Assembly (NCBI GenBank): GCA_963932905.1
Contig: CAWVRN010000010.1
Span: forward strand, 32,001-96,000
DNA: 64,000 nucleotides
Direction of reading: 5' to 3'
Origin: an uncultured Bdellovibrio sp.
Lineage (GTDB): Bacteria > Bdellovibrionota > Bdellovibrionia > Bdellovibrionales > Bdellovibrionaceae
Below are positions 28,787 to 38,371 of the stretch, piece after piece. The notes beneath the pieces are model-generated. The model did not search any database and was not told where the DNA came from. It worked only from the letters and a program-made list of their open reading frames with translations. The stretch's first letter is position 1. Each line of letters opens with the position of its first letter. A program made the position numbers and the translations under genes.

Positions 28787-30103
28787 CTACTGCGGCGATG
28801 ACGTGCGCATCTCTCGGAGCGCTTCGACAGCGTTGGACATAGTTATACGTTTTTTAGAGACCAAAATTTCTTCTAGTTTCTTTTGCAAAATAGGAATTTC
28901 TAAATCCGTAGCACCCGCGCCCAACGACAAATTTTTTATATGAAGTTTCATATGTCCTTCAATAATACCAACTGTAGTTAGAGCTCTTAGCGCACCAAGA
29001 TTTTGAGTTAGACCAACTGCACCGCAAATACGACTTAGATCATTTGAAGTTTCAACATCTAAAATCCTTAACGCTAGTTTAGAAGTCGGATGTAATCGAG
29101 TCACACCGCCAACAGTGCCCAATATAATAGGGGCCTTTAATTCCCCGCTTAGAACACCTTGGCTGTATCTCCATTTTGAAAGGGATGTGTAGTGACCAAA
29201 ACGTGCTGTATAGGCATGCATACCCGCTTCAACAGCGCGCCAATCATTGCCGGTCGCGATCACGATTGGGTCAACACCATTTAGGATACCTTTGTTATTG
29301 GTCGCTGCACGGTAAGGATCAAGCTCTGCAAACAAGCTGGCTTCTTCGATTTTTTCACCCAGTTCTTGATCGACTTTGATGTTAATATTTACCTGAGTTA
29401 ATTTAGAATCCACCAAATTTGAAAGAATACACATAGTGACTTTCTCACCCGTCGTTTCTTCAATTGGTTTCTTTAAGTATTCACAAACTTGATTAATTAA
29501 ATTTGCACCCATAGCTTCACAAGGGTCCATGTACACATGAATGATACCCATGAATAAACCATCCGGACGTGCTAATTTCCTAACTTGGATATCCCGTACA
29601 CCGCCACCACGAGATACCAGCGATGCCACCGCATCACGATTGGCAGAAGAAATAAATTTTTCTTTATTTTTCACAATAGTCGCTTCAAAACGCGCAAAAT
29701 CTTTTACTTTAGCTAACTGAATTTGTCCGATGATTTCAGAACCAGTCACTTTGGTTTTAATCTCGCCATTTTCTTTGACCCATTTAGCCGACTTGCTAGC
29801 CGCTGCGATGATAGAAGTTTCTTCAACAGCCATTGGAATCAAACGATCGACGCCATCAATACGGAAATGGGTAGCTACGCCCAGAGGCAATTGGAAATAA
29901 CCAATCGCATTTTCAATGAAGTTTTCACCTAGCGAAATATCTTTGATTCCGCCCGTAGAAAGAAATGTGATGTCTTCATCTTGAACGAAACCCATTTCGC
30001 GCAAACGAAACAGACGTTCTTGATAATCTAACTTAGAAAATCCACCGAACAGTTTATCTAAGTTAACCCCAGAGCTTTGATTTTTATCTAACTCATTTGA
30101 CAT
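28787..30103 (-). CDS. mvaA: Hydroxymethylglutaryl-CoA reductase, class II
   Basis: IENAIG, PMAVEExSIIAA, EAMGAN, RAATNNKG..NG, TGNDWRAVEAG, GIxxGHMKLH. Confidence 0.93.
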   Translation of the reverse strand: MSNELDKNQSSGVNLDKLFGGFSKLDYQERLFRLREMGFVQDEDITFLSTGGIKDISLGENFIENAIGYFQLPLGVATHFRIDGVDRLIPMAVEETSIIAAASKSAKWVKENGEIKTKVTGSEIIGQIQLAKVKDFARFEATIVKNKEKFISSANRDAVASLVSRGGGVRDIQVRKLARPDGLFMGIIHVYMDPCEAMGANLINQVCEYLKKPIEETTGEKVTMCILSNLVDSKLTQVNINIKVDQELGEKIEEASLFAELDPYRAATNNKGILNGVDPIVIATGNDWRAVEAGMHAYTARFGHYTSLSKWRYSQGVLSGELKAPIILGTVGGVTRLHPTSKLALRILDVETSNDLSRICGAVGLTQNLGALRALTTVGIIEGHMKLHIKNLSLGAGATDLEIPILQKKLEEILVSKKRITMSNAVEALREMRTSSPQ

Positions 30104-31211
30104 AAAATGCCTTACTTTTCCTAAACGATTCTACATCGGAGTACCCACAACAGAACATGGCAATCTTAAGTTCTCGGTATGTTTTATCAAAAAAACTAAA
30201 CAGATTATCTGGACTTAGTTTTTTCTTTTTCATATCGATGACTAAACTATTCAACCAAGGTTGAGCCATTCCGACTAGATGTGATCCCAATGCTAACATT
30301 TTAGCAGTATCAAGGCCGCTACGGACACCCCCGCTACCCCAAAACTGATAAGAAACACTGTCCTTATCGTGGAAATCCACCCACTCCGTTATATCATAAC
30401 CCCAGTCAGAAAACACAAATCCTGTATCTAATTCTAAAGATTTTTTTGGGTACCGAAGAGCTTCAATTCTAGCCCAATTGGTTCCACCCTGCCCTGAAAA
30501 ATCTACTGCATAGATTCCAGTCTGATTAAGACGTACCAAGTCCTTTTGGGAAAACCCAAAACCGACTTCTTTGACTATGACGGGAACAGCCAGCTCAGAG
30601 GTTAATTTCTCGATCGTTTTTAGGCCATTTTTAAACTGAGGGGTACCTTCTTTTTGAATACATTCCTGAAGAGCATTACAGTGAATGATTAAACCCGCCG
30701 CTTCGATATTATCGGTAATACGTTTCACCTGATCGATCGGAGTTGTGATCAATTGGCTAAGACCTAAATTCGAGAGCAAAATCGCTTTGGGATATTTCTT
30801 ACGAAGACGTTTCCATTCATTCAGCGCTTTATCATCGGTAAGTTCCTTACGCTGCGAACCCACGCCCATGATAATTTGTTTTTCCTGGCAAAGTAGAGCA
30901 AACGCTTCATTGATCGGTTCACCCAGAGCCGTTCCCGACGTCATAGAGCTAATAAAAAAAGGCGCTGATAATTTACGTCCGTTAAATTCAGACGAAAGGT
31001 CTACCTCATCGAAATTAATTTCTGGAAATGCCGTCGCTTTCAAAGAAACGCGATCCAGGAATCGATTGTAAGTAGTTTGAGTGACGTTATCTAAAGATAA
31101 AGAAAGATGATCGGCTTTACGAGAATCAAACGAAGGATCATGTGATGATTTTTTTAAAGACTTTTTTTTGAGAGACTTAGAGGCAGTTTTTTTCGGCGTG
31201 CTTTTTTTCAA
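30093..31211 (-). CDS. fni: Type 2 isopentenyl-diphosphate delta-isomerase
   Basis: RKADH, ISSMTSG, GVGSQR, HxNxLQE, VKEVGFG, GxGGTNW, SGGVRSG. Confidence 0.9.
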   Translation of the reverse strand: MKKSTPKKTASKSLKKKSLKKSSHDPSFDSRKADHLSLSLDNVTQTTYNRFLDRVSLKATAFPEINFDEVDLSSEFNGRKLSAPFFISSMTSGTALGEPINEAFALLCQEKQIIMGVGSQRKELTDDKALNEWKRLRKKYPKAILLSNLGLSQLITTPIDQVKRITDNIEAAGLIIHCNALQECIQKEGTPQFKNGLKTIEKLTSELAVPVIVKEVGFGFSQKDLVRLNQTGIYAVDFSGQGGTNWARIEALRYPKKSLELDTGFVFSDWGYDITEWVDFHDKDSVSYQFWGSGGVRSGLDTAKMLALGSHLVGMAQPWLNSLVIDMKKKKLSPDNLFSFFDKTYRELKIAMFCCGYSDVESFRKSKAFYVK

Positions 31212-31227
31212 AATTTATCCCCAAAAT

Positions 31228-31256
31228 AAAAAAGGATCTTCGAAGAAGATCCTTTT
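31228..31256 (-). terminator. Rho-independent terminator downstream of rplT
   Basis: AAAAGGATCTTC-GAA-GAAGATCCTTTT stem with a U-tract on the minus strand. Confidence 0.7.
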
Positions 31257-31300
31257 GAAATTTCCGTTCTTGTCTTCTTTAACCACCCAACCAAGGGCGA

Positions 31301-31407
31301 TTAAAAAGGTCAAGATCGAGGCCGCACAAGGAAGGGCAACCGGAGGGCTAGCAGCGCTAGCTCGTAGGGCGCCCGCCCGCGGAGAACGAAGAGCTTGGCC
31401 TTTTTAA
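31301..31407. repeat. ~107-bp GC-rich palindromic (MITE/REP-like) intergenic element
   Basis: Terminal inverted repeats TTAAAAAGGTCAAG / CTTGGCCTTTTTAA and a central GCTAGC-AGC-GCTAGC hairpin; GC content well above the flanks. Confidence 0.55.
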
Positions 31408-31422
31408 GCGACCGCTCTGGGA

Positions 31423-31770
31423 CTACTTCATCGCAAATGCGCAAAGTTTTGCGAATCCAGCTGCATCATTCAATGCCATTTCCGCTAGATTTTTACGGTT
31501 CACTTCTACACCCGCTTTGATTAATCCACCAATTAAACGAGAGTATGTAGTTCCATTCAAACGCGCACCTGCATTGATACGTTGATTCCAAAGCGTACGG
31601 AAGTGACGCTTGTTCATCTTACGACCTTTGAACATGTACGCCATCGCACGGTCTACTTTTTCAGTAGCGTGGATGAATGCACGAGAGCCAGCTGAGTAAA
31701 AGCCTTTTGCTCTTTTTAATACCTTTTTGTGTCTTGCTTTATTTGTTTTACCTGATTTTACGCGTGGCAT
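31423..31770 (-). CDS. rplT: 50S ribosomal protein L20
   Basis: MPRVK..ARHKKVLKRAKG, KRxFRxLWxxRINA, NRKxLAEMA. Confidence 0.97.
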   Translation of the reverse strand: MPRVKSGKTNKARHKKVLKRAKGFYSAGSRAFIHATEKVDRAMAYMFKGRKMNKRHFRTLWNQRINAGARLNGTTYSRLIGGLIKAGVEVNRKNLAEMALNDAAGFAKLCAFAMK

Positions 31771-31779
31771 GTCGGCTCC

Positions 31780-31971
31780 TTAAAATACCAATGTTCGGCT
31801 TGTTTGGTACATGTTAGCTGAATGAACATAAGTCACGTCGCCTAAATGTCGTTTTGTTTTTGATTTCATGTGAGAGTTCAAGTGGCGCATTCCAACTTGT
31901 TTACGCTTCACTTTACCGCTGGGAGTAAGACGCATGCGTTTCTTAGCTCCTGAGTGTGTTTTCTGTTTCAT
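31780..31971 (-). CDS. rpmI: 50S ribosomal protein L35
   Basis: [22 protein letters not shown]; adjacent to rplT. Confidence 0.95.
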   Translation of the reverse strand: MKQKTHSGAKKRMRLTPSGKVKRKQVGMRHLNSHMKSKTKRHLGDVTYVHSANMYQTSRTLVF

Positions 31972-32098
31972 TGTATACCTTTCTCAAACGAGGCGTCGTT
32001 TTTAAAACAAAAACGATCTTTTGGGCCTGATTGGTGATCCCTGTTTCTAATAAAAGTGACAGGGATTGGCAAGGTAAAATTTCAGGAAAATGAAGGGT

Positions 32099-34063
32099 TT
32101 ACAGCTTTACGTTTTTGCACTCAGGGCCGACATAGGCCTGAGGGTGAACGATACATTTTGTCTGTAACTTCAAGGCTTTAAGGACATTACAGTCCAAACG
32201 AGCATGCCAGTGGTTACCGTGAGCATCGTCTTCAACGATTAACTTGGTTAAAATCTTGGCAGCTGGGGATGCCGTATCTGTTTTAGACGGCAAATCGCCC
32301 GCTTTTAAGGCTTGTTTACACATTTCATTCTTCACATTGCGGTTCACGTAGATAACTTCGATGTGTGAAAATTCGTGTACGGCTTTGATCAAGCGCCATT
32401 GTTCTGCTGCTAGAAATTCACTGTGCGTGTAACCGCCTTTATTTGGAATATCGATACGATTCATGACCAGTTTTGGATTGCGTGTTAAATACGCTAGATC
32501 GATGTCCATACCGGTTTTGTGACTTGCATGACTACCGATGCGACCGCCAGACCGAGCCGCCGTATCAGCGACCGACAATATCACACCACTCACATTTTCA
32601 CGCAGCCATGCACCAATATTAACGACCATTTCAACCACGTCATAGGTTCCATAGTGACGTTTCTTAGTTGGCCATAAAACTTGGAAGCCCGCATTTGGAC
32701 CCAGCTTTTGCGCAGCTTCCAGAATACTGCTGGATTCAGTCAGGTATAACATTTTTTTAATATCCGCCATCCAGCGACCCGTGTTTGGCTTACCCCAGGC
32801 CTGATCGATTGGGCGTGAACCGTCGGGCGTCGTCGGTGTCACCGGCGGCTTAGGGTTGGCAGGTTTAGGGGCTGGGGTCGTTGTCACTGGCGGTTTCGGC
32901 GCCGGTGTTCCTGGCTTAGGCGCTGGCGTCGGCGTTACCGGCGGTTTCGTCGCCGGTGTCCCTGGCTTAGGAGCTGGGGTTGGTTTTGGTTCAGGTTTTG
33001 TTGGTGTGCCTTGCGGCTTGGTTTCTGGTTTAGTGTCATCAAAGTCAGGCAACGGTGGCGGCTGCTGTCCGTCTTTTTCCGGAATTTTTTCTTCACCCGT
33101 TAATTTAGGAACGGCTTTGATTTTCTTTTGTGTTTTGAAGAACGATTTTTTCTGTTCTTCCACTTCTTTGCTAACATCAGGATACAACGTCGCTACGTCA
33201 TCGATACTTGGCTCAGCAAAATAGTATGGTAGTTCATCCATAGAATTTGGATCTGACACGCCTTCAATTACCCCTTTTTTCTGAGCTTTCTCGTAGTCCG
33301 ATAATTCTTCATCAGGAACATTTTCAAAGATAGGATCTGGAATCGTGCTAGGCGCATTCTCATTTTTTTTGATTTCACTATAAAGAATATCTTTTGAAAT
33401 TAATTGATCCGTGTAGAAAGTATCTTGATGACGATAATAAAAGTCGATCGTTAGACGACGACAGAAATCACCTGTTGTATCCAACTTACCAGTATCATCG
33501 GCAGAAGCACTGGTAGAACAAACAGCTTTTGCACGAAACAAATCTTTTATCGCTGATTTTTCATCTACGATTTTTAATGGAATTTCTCCGCTAGAAATTG
33601 GACCACGTAAAATAAATTCGAATGGATTGCCGTCATTGAAAACAACGTCCCCTTTAACCTCGAGCTGGTTAGCTACGGAATCAAAATGGTGAGACACTTT
33701 GCTAAGCCTTAATTTTCCGCGGATAAGTTTCAATGTTTTGCCGGAGTCTTGACCCATGGGCATTGAATCGATCACTTGATCTTTCTTCAGTCCAGGAACC
33801 TCTTTGATACGAAAGAAATCGCCAACATCGTCGTATTTGTTAGGAATATCTTGTACCCAGATTTCTGAAACAGCCGCTGCTTGTTCTTTTTTAGAATCTG
33901 AATTTCCTGAATTCGCAGGATTAGTCGAATCTGCCGATGCCGGTGGTGTTTCCAACGCTTTAACTGTAGAGGGCTCTAATGTTTTAAAATTGCGTCCGCA
34001 GGCCGCTACATAAGCTAGAATTATCAGGTAGATTAGATATTTAATTCGGCTCAATTGATTCAC
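32099..34063 (-). CDS. Lipoprotein with C-terminal penicillin-insensitive murein endopeptidase (MepA/M74-like) domain and Pro-rich linker
   Basis: Lipobox YVAA-C; HYGT, GG.I.SHASHKTGMDIDL and HGNHWHARL zinc-peptidase motifs. Confidence 0.78.
   Translation of the reverse strand: MNQLSRIKYLIYLIILAYVAACGRNFKTLEPSTVKALETPPASADSTNPANSGNSDSKKEQAAAVSEIWVQDIPNKYDDVGDFFRIKEVPGLKKDQVIDSMPMGQDSGKTLKLIRGKLRLSKVSHHFDSVANQLEVKGDVVFNDGNPFEFILRGPISSGEIPLKIVDEKSAIKDLFRAKAVCSTSASADDTGKLDTTGDFCRRLTIDFYYRHQDTFYTDQLISKDILYSEIKKNENAPSTIPDPIFENVPDEELSDYEKAQKKGVIEGVSDPNSMDELPYYFAEPSIDDVATLYPDVSKEVEEQKKSFFKTQKKIKAVPKLTGEEKIPEKDGQQPPPLPDFDDTKPETKPQGTPTKPEPKPTPAPKPGTPATKPPVTPTPAPKPGTPAPKPPVTTTPAPKPANPKPPVTPTTPDGSRPIDQAWGKPNTGRWMADIKKMLYLTESSSILEAAQKLGPNAGFQVLWPTKKRHYGTYDVVEMVVNIGAWLRENVSGVILSVADTAARSGGRIGSHASHKTGMDIDLAYLTRNPKLVMNRIDIPNKGGYTHSEFLAAEQWRLIKAVHEFSHIEVIYVNRNVKNEMCKQALKAGDLPSKTDTASPAAKILTKLIVEDDAHGNHWHARLDCNVLKALKLQTKCIVHPQAYVGPECKNVKL
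32830..32995. repeat. ~51-bp imperfect tandem repeat encoding TPAPKPGTPAxKPPVT
   Basis: PTPAPKPGTPATKPPVT / PTPAPKPGTPAPKPPVT / TTPAPKPANPKPPVT. Confidence 0.8.
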
Positions 34064-34257
34064 AACAAACGCTCCTCGCAGCTACTTTCAATAGCCAGTG
34101 CAGATCTCATACCTAACGATAAAGAGTATTTAACAATTCAGACCGCTTTAACTGCCATTGGTTAAATATTGAGAGCCAATTTCAGTAAAACTGTCTAGCC
34201 AGAATTGTCACTTCTTAATCGTTAGCCAGTCAAAACAAAATAAACAGCTCCTCTGCG

Positions 34258-34272
34258 TGGTATTAAAGTTGT
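34258..34272 (+). promoter_or_regulatory. Possible sigma54 (-24/-12) promoter
   Basis: TGGTAT-TAAAG-TTGT versus TGGCAC-N5-TTGC, 25 nt before the GTG start. Confidence 0.3.
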
Positions 34273-34297
34273 TTATACAAACCAGATCGGAGCTCAC

Positions 34298-36856
34298 GTG
34301 TGTTCAAAAACCGGTCTGTATCTATATATCGTCGCTGCCTGTTTATTGTTTCAAGCATCGACCTTCGCGTTAGACCTCACCCCCGAATCAAAACTTAGAA
34401 AAATCAGCTATCAAATGCGAGGTACGCCACCCAGCCAAGCTGACTTTAGCGAACTTGCGAAAAACAAAACGAGTGAATCGGCTCTAGATTCCTTTTTTAA
34501 CAAAAAAGTTGAAGAATATTACCAATCACCATGGACAGCGTCTCGGTTGGCTGAAAAAATTTTTGAAGATTGGCGCATGGAAAATACCGGTGAAGAGCTA
34601 AGTCAGGCCCAGGCGGAACAAGTCGGTTCAGACTTGGTACTTAAGCACCCAACATCATCGACATCAGATACAGCCCTTATTAAGAGTATCCAATCTTCGT
34701 TGGCTAATGGAGATTCATGGAATCAGGTATTGATCTCCACGGGATTTTTAAAAACTTTGAAGCTGGCGAATGTACTGAACCAACTTAGCTCTAGTTTCAA
34801 TTACTACGGTTCAACACGAATTGAATCATTTAAACAAGATGCCATTAATAAAGGTAAAAAAATAGACACGGATGCTGACGTTTTAGCGTTAATGGACGAA
34901 TTTGAAAAATCAACTGCGACTCTTTCTGATACCGAACGAGCTAACAATTTTGCAAGCTTTTCCTTGCCCACGCCATTTTATAAAAATTCGCATTTAGATA
35001 AAAAATTTGCCGTACTACTATTTCAAGGCGCCCTCAAAACAACATCACCAAGACATCCTGAACTTTTAAACTATTTAAAACAACTGCCAGATGTTGAGGG
35101 CTTTATTGCAAAAGTGGGATCTAGTTACTATATAAAATCGCCAACGGAAACGACTCAAACCACCGTAACCAGCACTGCCGAACTACCTCAATTGATTTTC
35201 AGTCATTCAAGCGTGACGGCTCGATATCAAAAAACAATTTACAGCAAAGCAGCGGCTTTTTTTAGAATCTATCTTTGCGATGATATGCAACAAGTAGCTC
35301 TTCCAGGACCGGGATCAAAAAGCCAGGAAGTTTTTAAAATTATACACATGCCCCAGGCGGCAAGCGCCCCAACGTCAGGCTTAGAATCGGCACCACCACC
35401 ACCCACCTCTGTGACTACAACACTTTTATCCGCAGAGGCAATGAAAGCCAAACAACACGTTCAGCCACAGTGTTTAGGGTGCCATAGTAAACTTGACCCG
35501 ATGGAATCAATTTATAATAACAAATTTAAACGCCTGTCTCCGACGAACGCTGCCCCTATACCATTTAACTTTGTTTACGATGATTACACGGGAAAGTCGA
35601 TTACGATAACCGTCCCCAATATCGATGACTTGCCAACCGTGATTTCTAAACAACCACAGTATATTCGTTGCCAAAGTGAAAAATTTTGGAATTGGTATAT
35701 TGGTACGGATGTGCCGTTGAGTCCAAAAAATCGTGCCGATTTAGAAAAAGTGTATGTAGCAAATGAATCAAAACCGCTAGAAATCATCAAGTATTTGGTG
35801 AACTTAAAATCTTACACTTCAGACTCTTTTTTGTCTGAGCCCAGACAATTTAACAATGTTCGTCCTATTTTTCAAAAATGCCATGGCTGTCACAAATCAG
35901 ACACAACCATCCCATCTTTACTAGAAACTCCGTTCAATTTAAATAGAACCACTGACGCTGAAAAAATGGCCGACCATTTTGACATAATGAAAAGCATAGT
36001 TAAGTTAACCAATATCTTGGGTGACCAAAAAGGTATAAAGATGCCTACTAAGGATGCCGGATGGAAAATTTCTGAAGCAGAACGAAAAACATTAATCAAA
36101 TGGATTGCTGAAGGGGCCAAAGACGAAAACGGCGTGGATACGCTAACAGTCGAACAGAAAAACAAAATTTTAGCCCCGGCTTCTGCCGCCTTGATGTCAA
36201 CAATCAACCAGCCCAGCGTCGTTGAACCGACGCTACGACCGACATGGCAACATGTTTTAAGCTACAGCGAAATTTTAAAAACCGTTCCAGTGAAAATTTT
36301 CATAAATACGACGACAAGCGAATCTTGTTTTTCAGATATTATAAATAAAAAGTATGTTTTAGGCCATATTGATCTGTACACGGCCCTACCAATTTCAGAT
36401 CAACCTGACAATGCCTATCGCGAAATTTACAGAAAATGCGTTATCAAATTATTAAATATGTCTAAGACAAGTTTAAAAAACGGACAGTTGATGGCAATTT
36501 CGAGTGAGGATGTTTTGAAAAACACAGATCTAGCTATGCGCCTTCGCGCGAGCGGACTTTTGAAATTAGCGACTTCGACATTCGCCACTAACGGAAACGA
36601 AAATGTGTTTAGCATTCTTTCAAAGACGAAATGGAACGATCTTAAAACGGAACAAAAGCTAAGCATTATCCAAGAACAAATCGGATTTATCTTAGGACCA
36701 AATTTAAATCATGTTCCAGCTGAAATGGATTTAGATCAAAATATTCTAAAAGCTGTCGATCGTGTCTCGGTCAAAAACGGCTCTGATGATGTTATTTCCG
36801 CATCGTATTTCTCGCTTTACTACATTTATAACTCTAACTCATTCTTGGTCTATTAG
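34298..36856 (+). CDS. Secreted c-type cytochrome-like protein (DUF1588/DUF1585-like region plus planctomycete cytochrome-c-like domain)
   Basis: Signal peptide; LRKISYQMRGTPP; CLGCHSKLDP; second CHGCH followed by MP...ERKTLIKWIAEGA. Confidence 0.6.
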   Translation: MCSKTGLYLYIVAACLLFQASTFALDLTPESKLRKISYQMRGTPPSQADFSELAKNKTSESALDSFFNKKVEEYYQSPWTASRLAEKIFEDWRMENTGEELSQAQAEQVGSDLVLKHPTSSTSDTALIKSIQSSLANGDSWNQVLISTGFLKTLKLANVLNQLSSSFNYYGSTRIESFKQDAINKGKKIDTDADVLALMDEFEKSTATLSDTERANNFASFSLPTPFYKNSHLDKKFAVLLFQGALKTTSPRHPELLNYLKQLPDVEGFIAKVGSSYYIKSPTETTQTTVTSTAELPQLIFSHSSVTARYQKTIYSKAAAFFRIYLCDDMQQVALPGPGSKSQEVFKIIHMPQAASAPTSGLESAPPPPTSVTTTLLSAEAMKAKQHVQPQCLGCHSKLDPMESIYNNKFKRLSPTNAAPIPFNFVYDDYTGKSITITVPNIDDLPTVISKQPQYIRCQSEKFWNWYIGTDVPLSPKNRADLEKVYVANESKPLEIIKYLVNLKSYTSDSFLSEPRQFNNVRPIFQKCHGCHKSDTTIPSLLETPFNLNRTTDAEKMADHFDIMKSIVKLTNILGDQKGIKMPTKDAGWKISEAERKTLIKWIAEGAKDENGVDTLTVEQKNKILAPASAALMSTINQPSVVEPTLRPTWQHVLSYSEILKTVPVKIFINTTTSESCFSDIINKKYVLGHIDLYTALPISDQPDNAYREIYRKCVIKLLNMSKTSLKNGQLMAISSEDVLKNTDLAMRLRASGLLKLATSTFATNGNENVFSILSKTKWNDLKTEQKLSIIQEQIGFILGPNLNHVPAEMDLDQNILKAVDRVSVKNGSDDVISASYFSLYYIYNSNSFLVY

Positions 36857-36866
36857 GTGGTCGCAA

Positions 36867-38210
36867 ATGATTAAAATGGATAGACGACAATTTATTCAAG
36901 CTGCCATCAATGCTGGTTTAGTTTATTCAGTTAACTCGTTGATGCCATCCTCATTGCTGGCGCAGGAATCAGATCCTGACAAACTTCTTTTGATCCTTAG
37001 ATTTAATGGTGGTTGGGACACATTGATGATGGCAGACGCGCGTACAAAAGAATTTTTAAACACAGCTGCGTTCTCGACATCCGAGTTTCTAGCATTTGAT
37101 GAACGTGCGGCGGTAAAACAGTACAAGGATGCCCAATTGGGAGTCTGCATGGAGCCACTGTCCGGCTACTTTGATGACCTATGTATTATCAATGGCATCA
37201 TGATGAATTTGCAATCCAGCGCTCACGAAACAAATCGTGAATACATGGCATCTGGAAATATAACCTCTAGCACGACATTTTTTCCTTTTGCTCTGGCGCA
37301 AGCAATGCAGAAACCCAGTTACCGCATCGGCTATCATATGGAATACGAAACTCTGCGGGACGGAAATTTTGAAGAGAAAGTTTCCACCAAAAATTTAAAC
37401 TCATTTTCGGAATCCACTGAAGACCCTTACGAATCGGTACTAGACGATGATACGCCAGCGGCATCCTTCCAGAAAAATGTTCTAGCTCAAAAGCGTAAAG
37501 AAAAAGAGACCATCGAAATACTTAATAAACTGGTCGATAAAATAAACAAAGACGCTCCAGCCACTGAAACGGGCTTGGTTCAATCTTCGCTGGCATTAGC
37601 GGGACTTGGCTCAGGCTTTCTGAAGATGGCTCAAGTCGATATCACTAACGATTTTTCTCTAGATACACATAGCAACCATAAGTCTAATCATATAAAAAAT
37701 TTGAGTACTGGTTTTGAACATGTAGCAAAGCTCATTAAATTTATGAAAGAAACCCCGTACAAATTAAATTCGTCGTTAAATAAGAGTCTTTTTGACGTCA
37801 CGACCGTTGTAATGACCAGTGAATTTGCACGGACGTCCTCCCCAGACGGGTTTGATGGCACTGGCCACAATCAATATAACAACTCATGCATTTTGTTTGG
37901 CGGGAACGTAAGAGGCGGCACTATAATAGGCGGCTCACACATCTATAAAACATCAGAAATAAAAGCATCCTCTGACATCAGTGGCAGTTTGTATCATGCA
38001 CTGCCGTTTAATTTTCAAACTCAAAAACCAATGACCAAAACCGAAATATCGGCCATTGCTTTGGATACTTTTGGCAATTGCAAACCAACCAGCTGTTATG
38101 ATTATATTTATCCGGAAACTATCTGGCGCACCATTGCTCAGAACTTTGGTGTGAATTCGGTTAGTACGTTCCCGACTGGAACGACTCTAAAAAACGTTTT
38201 TAAAAGCTAG
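36867..38210 (+). CDS. DUF1501-family Tat-exported protein
   Basis: DRRQFIQ twin-arginine signal, GGWD, DTH, TTVVxxSEFART, GTGH, FGGNVRGG; start moved to ATG 36867 (AGGTGG SD). Confidence 0.78.
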   Translation: MIKMDRRQFIQAAINAGLVYSVNSLMPSSLLAQESDPDKLLLILRFNGGWDTLMMADARTKEFLNTAAFSTSEFLAFDERAAVKQYKDAQLGVCMEPLSGYFDDLCIINGIMMNLQSSAHETNREYMASGNITSSTTFFPFALAQAMQKPSYRIGYHMEYETLRDGNFEEKVSTKNLNSFSESTEDPYESVLDDDTPAASFQKNVLAQKRKEKETIEILNKLVDKINKDAPATETGLVQSSLALAGLGSGFLKMAQVDITNDFSLDTHSNHKSNHIKNLSTGFEHVAKLIKFMKETPYKLNSSLNKSLFDVTTVVMTSEFARTSSPDGFDGTGHNQYNNSCILFGGNVRGGTIIGGSHIYKTSEIKASSDISGSLYHALPFNFQTQKPMTKTEISAIALDTFGNCKPTSCYDYIYPETIWRTIAQNFGVNSVSTFPTGTTLKNVFKS

Positions 38211-38371
38211 TTTGTCTTCACGGCCCACCGTCTTCATTGGCGAGGTAATACTGGAAGTTTGTGGTATCTGATTCGAAATAACACAAAAACACTGGCCATA
38301 ACCGCCATAAAAACCACGGTTATGGTATGAAAGCGGACTTTTGGAAGCTCCGCTAGTAAAAGTTTGAAATT

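Noticed and set aside
31168..31407. 79-aa plus-strand ORF
   Set aside because: Runs through the terminator and palindromic element and overlaps fni antisense
32856..33224. Gly/Val-rich 122-aa ORF on the plus strand
   Set aside because: Antisense shadow of the Pro-rich linker of the MepA-like gene
36762..36866. N-terminal extension of the DUF1501 ORF
   Set aside because: Overlaps the upstream gene; the Tat motif and SD indicate a start at 36867
31972..38371. Prophage or integrative element interrupting the thrS-rplT operon
   Set aside because: No integrase, transposase, att-like direct repeats or obvious compositional shift
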